Assembly (NCBI GenBank): GCA_009914755.4
Contig: CP068257.2
Span: 42,464,001-42,528,000 of the forward strand
DNA: 64,000 bases
Origin: the human T2T-CHM13v2.0 reference genome, Homo sapiens
Direction: 5' to 3'
The first letter of the stretch is position 1, and every line of letters begins with the position of its first letter. The notes under the pieces were generated by a model. That model did no database searches and was not told the DNA's origin. It worked only from the letters and a program-made list of their open reading frames with translations. This document shows, piece after piece, positions 26,186 through 39,185 of this stretch. The translations under genes were made by a program, and so were the position numbers.

Positions 26186-27674
26186 TAAATACCCTATTCT
26201 TGGCTAAAAAAAAGCAAAAACGACTTGCAAAACCCAGGGAGACGCTAAGAAAGAACAGTTTTTAAGTGTCGCTTATACTGTCACCTAGAGCCTAGAAATG
26301 ACTTAGCATTTCACTTGAGTGTTTTTCAGGACACACACATTTTGAAAACACTGAGATCACACTCACCCGTGTTTTGCAAATGTTTCTGACGCATGGGAAG
26401 TAATTCCCATTCATTCAGTTCTCAACATCATTTTAACAGTTGCGTGGTATTTCTGGGTCCTAGACAGGTTACTGTTTACGTAACTGGTCAGCTGTTGCTG
26501 AGTGCTTGGTGGCCTGATTTCCTGTGCTACTGGAAATGACTGCAGGCCGAACCAGTAGGGCAGGAGGCCACCACGCGTGCCAGGTACCTGTAGTTCCCAT
26601 GTGGTTCAGGGTGAACTGGAGAGGGGAGAGCTGGGTGGTGGCGAAAGGGGTGTCAGGCCATGGAGAGTGGCCTGAGGCTGGTGGCTTTGTGGGTGGCCCA
26701 CCTTGGCTGGTTGGAGTTGGCACTAGGCAGAGTGAGCTGGGGGAAAGGGCCAGGATGTGTTTCATGATTTGGCCTTGGTGGGATAGAAAATAGCCCCAGA
26801 ATAGCTTGAGCTCTCCCAGGCAGAACGGCAGGGTCTTGTGTCTGGGGTGTCTGGGTGGATTTCTTATGGGTAGCGGAACCCAAGTGCCAGGGCCAGGTGC
26901 TGACCTCTCCCTCTGGCAAGTCACTGCACTTCATGCCTCGGTTTCCTCCTCCACGTAAGGGGCAGTGAGGGCTTAGTGTGTGGGTGGGCTTAGCCACCTA
27001 TCTCCTGTTGGCACTGGGAGTTGCGGATGCCAGCGTGAGCCCCCATAATGTCAGCTGTTGTCCCCAGGAGGAGCTTCTGTTGCCCTTGCCCTTGGGGAGA
27101 TGGAGCTGCCTGGCCTGTGGTGTTGTCCTGGGGTCTCTTGTGTCTCTCCCACCATCTGTGATGGGAAAGTTGAGGGAGACTAGAAATTGAACTAAGTAGT
27201 GACCGAAAGCCCCGTCACACCGTCTGTGCACGTGGCACTCTGAGCACACTGCTGCTTCTCACTCTTGGTGCTTGCAGCAAGCAACTGGAGGAGGGCAGCC
27301 AGGCCCTGGGTGTAGGTAGAGCACTCAGCAGCCGGGGACCCGCACGCCTCCAGGCTGTGCCCTCAGTGGAGTCACCCGGCCCCCATACCCCAGTTTGCAA
27401 AGGGAGCTGTTGGGACCAGCTGATCTCCATAGCCCACTTCTGAGGGTTTGTCATAGTCGTAACCCACCAACCGACAGTGAATTGGAATGGGGGTGTGGGG
27501 GACGTTTGGCTTGGTATGGAACCAACTGTAACTTTTTGCAGAGCAAGTAAGATATTAATATACATTAGGAATTTGCTCCTGGTACTTAGCTAAAATCCTG
27601 TTTTTAAAAATGTGTTAACACAAATCTGAGTGGGGCACGTTTTGAAGAGTTGTCTCTGGTTTTCCCCCGTGCAG

Positions 27675-27788
27675 GATCCTGGTGCACCTGAGCCGTGGAG
27701 GGGCTGAAGTCCAGATCTTTGCTCCTGACGTCCCTCAGATGCACGTGATTGACCACACCAAGGGGCAGCCGTCCGAAGGCGAGAGCAG
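27675..27788 (+). CDS. GATD3A: GATD3A coding exon 3 ([37 protein letters not shown])
   Basis: Acceptor ccccgtgcag|G, donor AGCAG|gtgtgg. 114 nt. Confidence 0.9.
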
Positions 27789-28791
27789 GTGTGGGGGTGG
27801 GATTGGAACTTGCTTCTTGTCTACCTCCCACGGTGCAGCCTTTTTTTGCTGGCTTAGCTTAAACCAAGTCTTGTGTGCAAATGAACGTCCTTCTGAGCAG
27901 CTGTGCTCGGGCTGTTCCGGAAGTAATGCTGCCAAGGCTCAGGAGTGCCTTCCTTCCAGTACTCACAGAAGGACTGAAAATGGCGACCGGATCGCTTCCC
28001 ACTGAGTCAGGCTGCTCATACCTTGGTCTTAAGCAAAGGTGGTGGTTCTCAGCTTGGTCGCCCACCTTCTTCCCCTGTCTGGGCTCCAGATCTGTTTTGC
28101 TGGTTCCCAGCAGCATGTCTGTTACTGCGGTGTGTGTGGTTCTGGCCTGTGTGGCCTGAGATCCCCTTCCCTTGCCTGTCCTGCCTGACAGCCCTGTGCA
28201 GGCCATTCCAAGGTGCCTTCCAACTGGCCTCGGACCACGAGAGGTCGGAGCTGGAGATTCGAGGAAGAAGCCATAGCTGCCTCCTGGGGCTGTGCTTCTC
28301 ACCAGTGGGGACCCCTGTGATTTCTTTTCCTGCCTGGGACCCTGGCTTCTGCACCTGGACTTGCACCTTCGGCCCCCACACCTGGGGGCTAGCAGCTTCC
28401 TGCGGTGGCTGGCCTTCGGGTTGCTTCACTGGTCCTGAGTCCTGGCTTCTTACCTTCCCCTCTGAGTCCCACCGTCCTGATGAGTGCACAGAATTCTGTC
28501 TGCTTTAGACACTCGGAGAGACTTCCATTTCCCATGGGCCTTGACTGCAGAAGATTCAGAGTGATTTGGCGCAGGTTCTGAAGTGCTGATCGGAAGAGCC
28601 CAGCATAGATTTAGCGTTGCTAGAACCATGTTGTCTTTCCAGGTAGTGACCAAACATGCTGACCTGGAAGTAAGTCCCCGTGTGGCTGAGAGCCACGTGT
28701 GTGGAGCGTGTTGCCTGTGGGCTGTGCCCCTGCCGCGCTCCACAGTCCTTCACCTGCATGCTGAGGCTTTTTGCCCTGTGCTCTTTCCCAG

Positions 28792-28911
28792 GAATGTTTT
28801 GACCGAGTCTGCGAGGATCGCCCGTGGCAAAATCACAGACCTGGCCAACCTCAGTGCAGCCAACCATGATGCTGCCATCTTTCCAGGAGGCTTTGGAGCG
28901 GCTAAAAACCT
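28792..28911 (+). CDS. GATD3A: GATD3A coding exon 4 ([39 protein letters not shown])
   Basis: Acceptor ctctttcccag|G, donor AACCT|gtgcgt. 120 nt. Confidence 0.9.
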
Positions 28912-29286
28912 GTGCGTATTTGAGCTCCAAGGTCTTCCGCTTTCCATGTGGAGCAGATGGGAAGGGGGTGCACCTGTCTGCTGTCCAATGTGGTCAGTGG
29001 AGCGGCGATGGGAGGGGGTGGTGATAGGAGCAGTCTCTGGGTTTAGGGTCTGGGCAGGGCACGTGCCTGCCCTCTGACTTGGGAGCTGTTCTTAGGGTTG
29101 GGTCTTAGGTAGCGTTGTAGCGAGCCATGCTTTTGTTTCTGCTTCTCTGCTGCCTCTTCTCTCAGCATTCCTGGTACCCAGCAGCTTGTCAGAGTGGGTT
29201 TGGGGCTCCCTCTTATCTCATCACTGTGCTGTAGGTCTCGTCACGTTGAAATCAGTCTCTGAGTATTTACTCCTTGCAAGTGCCAG

Positions 29287-29597
29287 TTTTTTTTCTCTCT
29301 CTCTCTCTTTTTTTTTTTTTTTTTCTGTAGAGATGAGGTCTTGGTCTGTTGCCCAGGCAGGGATGCAGTGGCACGATCCTAGTTCACTGCAGCCATGATC
29401 TCCTGGGCTCAAGCCATCCTCCAGCCTCATCCTCCTGAGTAGCCGAGACTATAGGCGCATGTCACCATGCCCATGGTTTTGTTTTTTTTTTTTTTGGCCA
29501 TGTATGTAGCCCAAATTGGTCTGGAACTTCTGGGCTCGAGTAACCCTCCTGCCTCCCAAAGTGCTGGGATTCCAGGCCTGAGCCACCGCGCCTGGCC
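29287..29597 (-). mobile_element. Alu (antisense) with (CT)n/(T)n tail in GATD3A intron 4
   Basis: ttttctctctctctctcttttttt...gagatgaggtcttggtctgttgcccaggcagggatgcagtgg ... gccaccgcgcctggcc. Confidence 0.85.
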
Positions 29598-31863
29598 CCA
29601 ATTCTCTTATGGAACCTTGCAGGATCAGAAATGGGTTTCCTTCTTGGTAGTTTGGGCGGCGGTCCTGACAGGAAGAAGGGAGGCCGCCTTGGCGTGGCTG
29701 TTTTGGTAGCTGGACCGTGAATCATGGAGGCCTGGCCGGCTCCCACACGGTGGCGTCCTTGAGTTCCAGATCCTCTTTCTGTTCTCTGTGTCTCCTCTCT
29801 CTCTTTGCACATTCATGGAGGTTCTCTGGGCACCGCCCCCATGGCCCTGCCTGAGAGGTGGAGGTGGTGCCAGGCTGACCCTCCAGGGACAGCTCTGCCA
29901 CCTGCAGGAGCACTGGCCGCAGTGCATCGGAGCGTGCAGGTGGCTTCTGTGCCATGGTGTGGGTGGCAGCCCCAGCACGGCCGGCCCCGGTCGGCAGCTC
30001 CTGTTTCAAGGGCAGGTTGGAGGCTGGCTGGCCGCTTGCCCCACCCTGGGCAGCCTGCACCCAGAGTCGAGGGGTAGGCAGTCTCCATCCGAAGAATGCG
30101 CCCCTCCTTATCCCGAAACCTCAGAGGCCTCCTTCCTCAGATGCCAGCTGTTTTCTCAGTGCCCTTGGCCGTGCCCTCACCCCTCTCTCACCGGAAGCCC
30201 CACCCCAGCCTGTCGTCCCCGGTCTCCTGAAAGCCAGCAAGCCTCGTCGGTGCCGCCCACACCCCTGACCTCACGCAGCCCCACGTCAGGCTCGATCTTT
30301 TGTCCAGTTGTCCCTGCGTCGCTGCCGTCTCCACGAGGCTCTGACCACTGACACCGTGTGTGGCGGGGCGCAGGGGCAGCTGGAGGGTGTGCTGGGGGCT
30401 CCGTGCCCTGGCATGGCTCCTCCACATTTTGCCAACCCAGAGGCACAGGCGTGAGGTGTGTGGTGGTTCTCAGGGTCAGTGGGTCTTGGCCTTGGCTTTC
30501 AAGGTGTTGATGGGCCCTGGGACTGATGTGCCCGTGTGTCTGAGCCCACGTCCCCTGGGCGAAGCTCCCATTTTCACTGACCTGTCCAGAGCGTTCTGGG
30601 TGAGCCTGCCCTGCGTGTCCATGGTGCGGCGCGCTCTAATGAGCTGCAGCCGTGGCCACTCTGCACCCTCTGAGACAGTCACCCATGGGGACGGCGAACA
30701 CCCACTGCCTCCAGAAGATTCCCAGCACTCTGCCAGCAAAGCCATGTGGAAAATGCTGGGGCAGAGGACTGGGGTGCGTGAGGGTGGCGTAGAGCCCAGG
30801 GGTGGGTTCGTGGGAAGGTGTGTCCACTTGTAGATTTGGTGGCATTGCCAGATCACACGCCCCATGGGCAGTGTGGAGAGACCTCCCCTGCCCCGCGTGC
30901 CCTCCACAGCTCCTGCTCCTCGGCCTGAGGTGTGGATGCTGGTGTCGCAGGTAAACTGGCGTTTCTTTCACGGTCATCGAAGCAAGAGTGCTTGGTATGC
31001 CTGGAGGCCGACTGCGTTTCTTTTTTTGGGAACTCCTGGAGTTTCCTGCTGCCCCTTTGTTTTAAGGAAAAACTCTCACACCGTGTTTCTCCTCCTCCCA
31101 CCACAACAGTTGTCCACACAGAAGGTGGGTGTGAAGGGTCTTCCCCATGCACCACGCAGGGGTCGCTGCTGCCTTCTAATTCAGTTCCGACAGTATGGAC
31201 CCGGGGTAGCGTCCGATCGCACGGGTTGAGGGCTCCGTCCCCAAAACTGCCCTCTGACACATACCGGTAAACTGTCTGAGCCTCTGGAACTGACCAGTTG
31301 ACTTCAAGTTGGGGTTCCCACAACCCCGTTTGCTGGCGTGGCTCACAGTGCTCAGGGAAACATGACGTCAGCATTCTCCCCCGGGGAGTGGGGGACCCTC
31401 TCAGGAGAGGGTCCTGAGACCCACAGTCAGAAAGGCGGGGAACATTAGAGTCCTGCTTTGGGGCAGGTAAAGGGCAGGCGGGAAGGTCAGAGGCTGCCCG
31501 AGGCCCGACACAGCCAACGTCGTAACAGAAAGCTAACAAGCAGCACGGGAGTTAGGAGCCGGAAACCAGCGTCTGAGTCTCAGCACCGCAGCCCGGGTTC
31601 TGCCAGCTGCTCCGGAAGGTTCCAGGGCGTGGGCCCTCTCGCCCTGGTGGCCTCCTGCTGCACCACTTCCTGATCCTCCTGCTTCCTATGCTTATTTCTG
31701 TTTAAAAAACAGGAAAATATGTTCACATCAAACGCGCATATGTGCAGCCATGCCCATGTCCCTTGCTGCAGCTGACTGAGGGTCTGGAGCTGTGCCTAGG
31801 AAGCCCCCCAGGAATAGACCCTGGTTGTGAGGCTGTCTGAGGAGGCCTTTTGTCTCCCGGTAG

Positions 31864-31956
31864 GAGCACGTTTGCCGTGGACGGGAAAGATTGCAAGGTG
31901 AATAAAGAAGTGGAGCGTGTCCTGAAGGAGTTCCACCAGGCCGGGAAGCCCATCGG
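31864..31956 (+). CDS. GATD3A: GATD3A coding exon 5 ([30 protein letters not shown])
   Basis: Acceptor tgtctcccggtag|G, donor ATCGG|gtgtgt. 93 nt. Confidence 0.9.
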
Positions 31957-33059
31957 GTGTGTACAGCCGTGCAGGCCTCGGGGAGGGAGGGAGGAGGGTG
32001 CGTGGGCCCGCGGCCTCTGTTCTCAGCCAGGAGCTGCCGCTGATCCTGAAAACTCACAGCTGGTTTTCTTGTTTTAACTGAGGGGATTTCACACGATGTC
32101 ACTGGTGACTTAACAGGAAGGAGAGGCACACTGCACTTCCCTAGAGGAGGCCTGGAATTCTCTTGGCTCCCAGAGGTGTCCCTAGGCAGTCCCTCAGGAC
32201 CCCTATCCTTTACCAGACCCCTTCTCCCAAGCCCCTTAGCCACAGTACCCCCAACCCCGCTGACTTCTGGCCAGTCACTGCAGCACGTGCTCCATCCCTG
32301 ACGCCATCCACTCCCAGCGGCCTCCCTCCTGGGGAGCCACAGCCAACCACGCCCCTTTGTCCCTGCTCAGACAAAGCCTGGGTCCTGAGGTTGGCGGCAC
32401 GAGTAGGGCGCCCACTCCTTCATCCACGTAAGCGCCTTGGCTTACGTGGCGGGTCGCAGCCCCGCAGGGAGTGTGTGCTCTTCAGCGTCTGCTGCCGGGA
32501 AGTCACTCTCAGATGTGTGAGGGTGACCCAGCAAGGCCGGGTTCCGCCTCGGCAGGTGTGATGCTTCCACGAGCCTCCCGGCACCTGCTCCTTGGTGGTC
32601 CTGGAACGCGGCGCTGTGCTGTCCAGGTCTCAGCTGCGTCTGGTGCTGGCAGGGCGAGAGCCGCACTTGCGTGGGTGAACATCAGTGAGGCGCACTCGCG
32701 ATGGCCGCTCACTACCGAGTTCTGTCAGCCGAACAAGGATGAGGATCTATCGGAATCCTCTGTCTCCCCACCCACAGTCGCTCACTTAAGGACCTGCCTG
32801 GTCACTGTCCAGGGAGGCCCCTAAAGTGGAGCCTCAGGAAGAGGTGCAGGCTCAGAGCTCCTGAAGGAGGTCCCTGCTGCAGCCGTGTCACAGCCGGGGT
32901 GAAGGTTTCGCCCATGGTCTCCACCTCGGGATCCCGTCCTTGTCAGAGAAGTGTTCCTTGGATGAGCGCCCAGAGGGAGGAGCCCATGGCCCTTTCTTCT
33001 GTGACTGATTAAAAATCTCGATGAAACAAGACAGCCCCTGGCAGGTGAACCACTGCCTC

Positions 33060-33240
33060 TGAGCATGCCTCCCCTGAAAACAGTGTGGGGCGCAAGCCCA
33101 TCTCCTCCCCAATCCAGCCATGAGGCTCCCCTGGAAACAGCACAGGGCGCAAGCCTGTCTCCTCCCCGGTCCAGCCATGAGGCTCCCCTGAAAACTGCAG
33201 GGCACAAGCCCGTCTGCTCCCCGGTCCAGCCATGGGGCTT
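33060..33240 (+). repeat. Tandem repeat of about 60 bp (3 copies) in GATD3A intron 5
   Basis: ccatgaggctcccctg.aaacagcacagggcgcaagcc.gtctcctccccggtccag, 3 copies. Confidence 0.75.
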
Positions 33241-33599
33241 CCGTGCACGGTGACCCACAGGCTTTTTTCCTGAGGAAACCTAAATCCTTTCCCACTGGCC
33301 CCACCCACCCCTCAGCCTGGTGTCAGAGGCCTGCGTGGCCAGCCAGGGGCTGTTAGGCGGCCCAGCCGCTCACTGCTGGGACCCCTTCCTTGAATGCAGT
33401 AGTCGAGGTGGGCGCTGGGCTGTGCCAGGAGCCACTGTGGCATCTGTAGCTGGCAGTTGATGGCTGGGCGGCTGCACGCAGCGTCGGGAGCTGCTGAGAA
33501 CCTGCTTCCTGGACTTTCTGCCTGCGCAGAGGGCGGCAGGGGGGTTTCATCTCATAGGCAGCCAGAAGTTGCTTCAGGACATGCAGTTTTGGGGGGCGG

Positions 33600-33870
<271 letters not shown>

Positions 33871-34819
33871 CTGTGAAATGTGTTTTTAACAGTGTTTCGT
33901 TACAGCTCACGGTAGCAGTTTCCACCTGGGCCTGTCGGGAGTGGGTAGGACTGTAGACAGCGGGAGGAGGGATGAAGGGTGCGGGGTGTTGAGGGCAGGG
34001 TGGGGCCTGACAGCTGTGGGCTACACCACAGGTTGCCAGGGGATGGGGCTGCTGTTAATGAGGCCGTACTCCTTCCACTGTTGCCCCTGGGTGGCCATGA
34101 GGCGCTGGACGACACAGGTCACTGAAGGCCCTGCTGTGGGCACAGTGCCTGGCACACAGGGGCCTCTGTTGACTTGGCAGGGAAGGGTTCCTGATGAAGC
34201 AGAAGCAGGTCCCAGGGGTGGGTGTGGCAGGACCATCAGTTTCAGGGCTGCTGCGGCCTGTGCGTCAGGGTCAGGGGCGTGCGCCCACCAGCCTGCACTT
34301 GTTGAGAGTTGTGCTGCAGGTCAGAGGCTGGCGAGGCTGCTCCTGGCCCATTGTGCCTCCTGTAGAAGGGGGGCTGGTGTGAATGAGAAGTGCAGCTGTG
34401 TTATCTATTGCTGGGTCACAGACCACCCCACAACTCAGGGCTGGGGCAGCCGCACATCATTACCCTCTCTGTGAGTGGACTTTGGCAGCCCGGGACTCTC
34501 GCCAGTCTGGGGTGTCCTGGGGCTTGGGGCTTAGCCCATGGCTGTTGGGGGTTCCCCTCAGGGGTCCTTGGCCTGGTGCTTGAGTGCCTGCAGGGCGTGC
34601 TTGGCGGGGAGTGGGGCTGAGGACACCTCACTCTCAGCCTTGAGTCACCTGGTGCCACCTCCATCACATCCCATGGGCCACAGCCTTCTGGCAGCGCAGG
34701 CTCACAGGGGGCAGGGTCGGCAGGGCTCCCGTGGCAGGGCAGCCTGGGGTCATGGCGAGGGTAATTTCTGTTCTGCAGGCCATGCAGCCTGCCTGACCCG
34801 TGTTCTTTTCGCCTTTCAG

Positions 34820-34976
34820 CTTGTGCTGCATTGCACCTGTCCTCGCGGCCAAGGTGCTCAGAGGCGTCGAGGTGACTGTGGGCCACGAGCAGGAGGAAGG
34901 TGGCAAGTGGCCTTATGCCGGGACCGCAGAGGCCATCAAGGCCCTGGGTGCCAAGCACTGCGTGAAGGAAGTGGTC
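34820..34976 (+). CDS. GATD3A: GATD3A coding exon 6 ([52 protein letters not shown]). It is followed by a U12-type AT-AC intron.
   Basis: Acceptor gcctttcag|C. The exon ends GTGGTC|ATATCCTT, a U12 5'ss consensus. 157 nt. Confidence 0.88.
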
Positions 34977-36435
34977 ATATCCTTCCTGGTAGCCAGGCCC
35001 GGCCCGCTGTCGTGCTTGTCCCTGAGACGTGCATAGGGACGCCCCTCCCTCCGGGCTGTCTTGGTGGGTGGCCTCTTCACCGGGAGCTGCACCTGCTGCT
35101 CTCCCTGTGGGGCCTCCCCCAGTGGGCACCGCAGCCATGTGTCTAAGGGCAGAGAGCAGATGGCTGTGACAGCCCAGCTGGTGTGAGGTGGGTCACAGAC
35201 ACGTCAGAAGCGCAGCTCTGGTGCGTGGTTGGCAGATCCGGCAGATCCAGGTCCCTTGCCTGACTGTTTAGTCTGCTCAGCAACACCCAGGCAGCCACAC
35301 TCCGGGCCCAGCGGGGGGAGGGTGAGGAAAGAGTGTGTGCGAGGTGTGGAGGGAGAGCAGCCGGGCGTGCAGGAGGCGGGGGCTTCCTGAGATGCTGGGG
35401 GAAAGCGGCCGGGTGTGCAGGAGAAGGGGCTTCCTGGCTTCATTTGGGCGGAAGTTCTCAGGCCAGTTTGGGTGGCCAGGTGATTCAGCCAGCCTTGCGG
35501 CCCCCAGCCCCTCCTGTTGAGGTGTGTACCCTGAGTTCTGAGATGATGGACCAAGAACGCCAGCGGGGCTGTTGCCCAGGGAGATTTGGAGGGAGGCTCC
35601 TGGAAGGCCCTGCCTGGATCTGGGAGAATGTCCATGTGAGCCCAACTGAGAGAACAGAACACTCCGGGGTGCCGGAAGGCACTGGAATGAGTAGAGCATG
35701 GACCCGGTCCCCTGCAGGTGTTGTTCTGAAGGGTGCAGTTCCTCTCAATGGGGCAGCTTTTTTCTCACAGGCAGCTTCAGACGTCAGGCCCCGTCTCCCT
35801 CCCTGCGGCTTTCCTGCTGGGCAGGAGCGCAGTGCAAGGCTGGCCCCAGGCCTCTGACTGCTTGCAGGAAGATAGGGGCACGTGTCTTGGGTGGTGTGGA
35901 GGCCTGGCCAGTGGTTACATGCGTGGTGTTGGGGAGGCTCAGGTCTGTGGCTGGCCGGCCCCAGTTGTGCCACCTGCTGCCCTGTTGCCTGTTGCCCTGC
36001 CCCATGAGGACCGGCTCCTTCACGGCCAGTTCTTCATCTGAAAAGCGGAGGTGCTGCCACTGCCTCCCGTGGTGGTTGTGAGCACCCCAGGCATGTGTGC
36101 GCCCCCATGGCGGGGCAGCTCGTGGCCATGTGTGGGTGTTGGGCCTGTGTGATGCTGGCATGAAAGGTGCCCCGTTCCCTGGAATTTCCCGCTGCTTTCT
36201 TCCTCTAGAATGCATGTGAATTGGGAACAGGTTCCTTCTTATGTTGTTCAGCAGCATAAATCATACAGAAAGCAGGGTCCTGCCGGCACAGACTGCACCA
36301 GGAGCGACTTCTCCTCTTCCAAGTTATCTGAGAACAAAGTTAGGACACGCGGTGAGGGTGGGGGAGGGGCCGGGGCTCCACACCTGAAAGTCCCTCAGGT
36401 CCGTGCTGGGTGGCTTTTTCCGTAACTCTGCACAC

Positions 36436-36564
36436 GAAGCTCACGTGGACCAGAAAAACAAGGTGGTCACGACCCCAGCCTTCATGTGCGAGACGGCACT
36501 CCACTACATCCATGATGGGATCGGAGCCATGGTGAGGAAGGTGCTGGAACTCACTGGAAAGTGA
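36436..36564 (+). CDS. GATD3A: GATD3A terminal coding exon 7 ([42 protein letters not shown]), with stop TGA at 36562-36564
   Basis: The preceding intron ends ...TCCGTAACtctgcacAC| (U12 branch-site-like motif plus AC terminus). The frame continues into the known ES1 C-terminus. Total 268 aa. Confidence 0.88.
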   Translation, partial: EAHVDQKNKVVTTPAFMCETALHYIHDGIGAMVRKVLELTGK

Positions 36565-37067
36565 CGCGCATGGACGGGGCCCAGCTAGGCGCCAGGACTT
36601 GGCCTCACCCTCTGGCTGAGGAGCTGTCGGCTGCTTTCCATCCAGCTGGGAGTCTGGCAGGCCCTTTTTTTTTTTTCTTTGCCGAAACCTGCAGGCGTTC
36701 TCTCTCTAAGGAGGATGTGCTGCAGTGCATGGGGGATGTTTCTTCCTGGGTGTGGCTGGGCTGCTCTCACATACAGAGGCCGAGGGGCCAATTCGTTCTC
36801 TGCCACAGGGACTTGCCTCACTGTGTCCCAAAAACAAATCGCAGCCAGCTTTTCCAGAAATAGAAAATTCTGCCGTCTGAGGTTTTATACTTCAGGTTAG
36901 TTAGTTTTTGGAAGGAAGAACATTTTTAGGTTTGCAAGCCTCCTGATCAGGAAACCAGAAATACCACATTTATGGACCATGAAAGGTTGGTTCTTGACTC
37001 TGAAGGGACTTTTGAGTTAATCAGCGTAAGGGGATTTCTAAAGCAGGCAATCCCTGTAGCCGCAGAG

Positions 37068-37073
37068 AATAAA
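37068..37073 (+). other. GATD3A: GATD3A poly(A) signal AATAAA (3'UTR about 36565-37095)
   Basis: Canonical hexamer about 500 nt after the stop. This is consistent with the short, roughly 1.3 kb mRNA. Confidence 0.5.
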
Positions 37074-39185
37074 CGCCTTCCCAAAATGGCAACTTCCCAC
37101 AGCCACATTTCAGACCTGCTGAGACTGCTGAGTGAGGAATGGCAGTGAGGTTTCTTCAATTAGTCTCAGTTCTCTTAATTTTCAGGAAGAAAGGGAAATT
37201 GCAGCTCCTCAGCCCCCAGGATTGACCTCTGGGGAGTGATGGTAGCGTTGGTGCCAGGCCGTGGGTTCAGGTGTGGCAGAAGCTTGCAGATGCGTCCGAA
37301 GGGAAATAAAGTGTGTTGGCGTTAGACTTTGTGCTGCATTCATCTGTGTGTTCAGGGTTGTTTGGGGAAGAAAACATTTGGGGTGGGAGTCAGGTGTCTG
37401 CACGCTTCACTCAGTGTCACATATCTGTTGCTGTTTGGGTCTGTCTCTGCCTGAGCAGCCAGGGCCAGGCCAGCCTGAGAGGCCCCACGCTGGGTGGGTG
37501 GCAGGAGCTGCCCAGTGTTGGGTGGCGGTGTGGGAAACGCCCACTCTGGCTGCTGGCGTGGCTGTTCCGCGTGGTCTGGTTTGCACCTCCCTGTGTGTCA
37601 GGTGCTGGGCCCGGAATGGGGGTGCAGGCCCTGGTCCCACAAGACTCGAACCCTCAATTGCACTGGTACCCACCACACCCCCTCGGCCCTCCCCACCCAC
37701 TGCATGGAATCAGCGGATTCATTCTACCGCCTTGAGAGGGCGTGGGGGGCCCATGGGTAAGGCAGGAAGGCCCCGGTGCACCCTGCATCGGGTCTCAGCC
37801 TGACACTTCTGGTTCTTCCTCCGTGGGAGCTGGGTTCTCCAGTGGCCTTCCTCCCACTGAGGCCGGGCCTCAGGAAGTCCTCACGGGCGCCCACGCCCGC
37901 TGCAAACGCCCACAGCACTCGCCTTGGGGCCAGGATTACCCTGTCCCCAGCAGCGGAGGAGCCTCCCATGTCCAGGGTAAGGTGGGGCTCCTCCCCTTTC
38001 TCATAGGCTGGTAGGGACACATTTTGCATGGCTGGAGGGGGGGTACCCGTATACCACGCATGTTTATTCACGTGTGTGTGAGTGTATGGAAAAGTGCACA
38101 AGTCACAAGCATTCACTTTGGGGTTTCCACAAAGCAAATACGCAAAACCATCGCTCGGGCCTGGAACGGTGGCACTGTCCCCAGAGCCTCTCAGCCTCCC
38201 GCAGGCACTGGCTGCGTGCTTGTTTGCGCGCTCTCTCTGAGGTGATCCAGTGTGGCGCCCCACACGCAGGTGCTTCTGCTGGGCCAGGCCTGTCCTCACC
38301 TGCATCTGCCCTTAGCCCAGGTGGCCCTGTGGGTCCTCAGTGTCCCCACTTGCAGATGAGGCTTTGCTCCCCCCAGGGCCCTGCAGCTTGTAGGGCTTGG
38401 CTGGGACTCAGCTCCGGGCAGCGCAGCACCAGAACCCCAGCCCTAGAAATAGATCTTGGGACGTTGGGAAGCCCAGAGAGGGGCCGTGACAGAACCGGAG
38501 AGCTCGGTCCTGGGTTCACTGCAGGAGAGTTTGGGCCTGGGTTCACTGGACAGTGACTCCGTGGCTGCTGCGTGCCAGGCACCTTCAGGTACCAAGGGCA
38601 CTGTCACGAGCATGCCCTCGTCCTGGAGTTCAGGTGGGGGCAGCCAGTATGTGGCCCGGTGAGCCATGGAGTCCCCCTGGCAGTGGTGGGGGTGTGGACA
38701 TGCTGGGAAGGAGGATGGCAGTGCCAGGCATGCATAAAGTGATCAAGGAAGGGGACAAGGGGTCCAGTGGGAACAGGAGCTAACCAGGGGTTCAAGGTCA
38801 GGGCGTGGGGAGGGAGGGGCGCTGGTGACATGCATGGTTCCCGGGACCAGCCCGTCCTGCCATCCCAGAGGCCTCTGCATCCCACAGGCTGTGCACCCTG
38901 GAACGTGGTTGTGGCTTTAGGTGCTGCCACCAGGGGGCGTGGCAGAACTGTCTTTGGGGCTGACCACGGGCAGGCGGCCCCTCACCAAGCTGCTTCCTGT
39001 TGGTGCCATCAGAGTCTGGGCTATCCTCTCCTGAAGCCCTCTCTGGTCTCCACATGCCCCACCCCTTTGCCCTGTCCCTCTTATTTCCTTCCAGGGTACC
39101 TCCTCACCTCCTGTCCAGGTCACCAGAGCTTCACCTGTGGACATGCCCCATTCCCTGATAATCCTTTCTTCATTCTCCATTTCTC

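Noticed and set aside
35520-35660. Possible C/D-box snoRNA (GATGATGG...CTGAG) in the GATD3A U12 intron, and other TGATGA hits in PWP2 introns
   Set aside because: The box motifs are imperfect, with no terminal stem or D/D' arrangement. One hit lies inside the Tigger transposase remnant. The evidence is insufficient.
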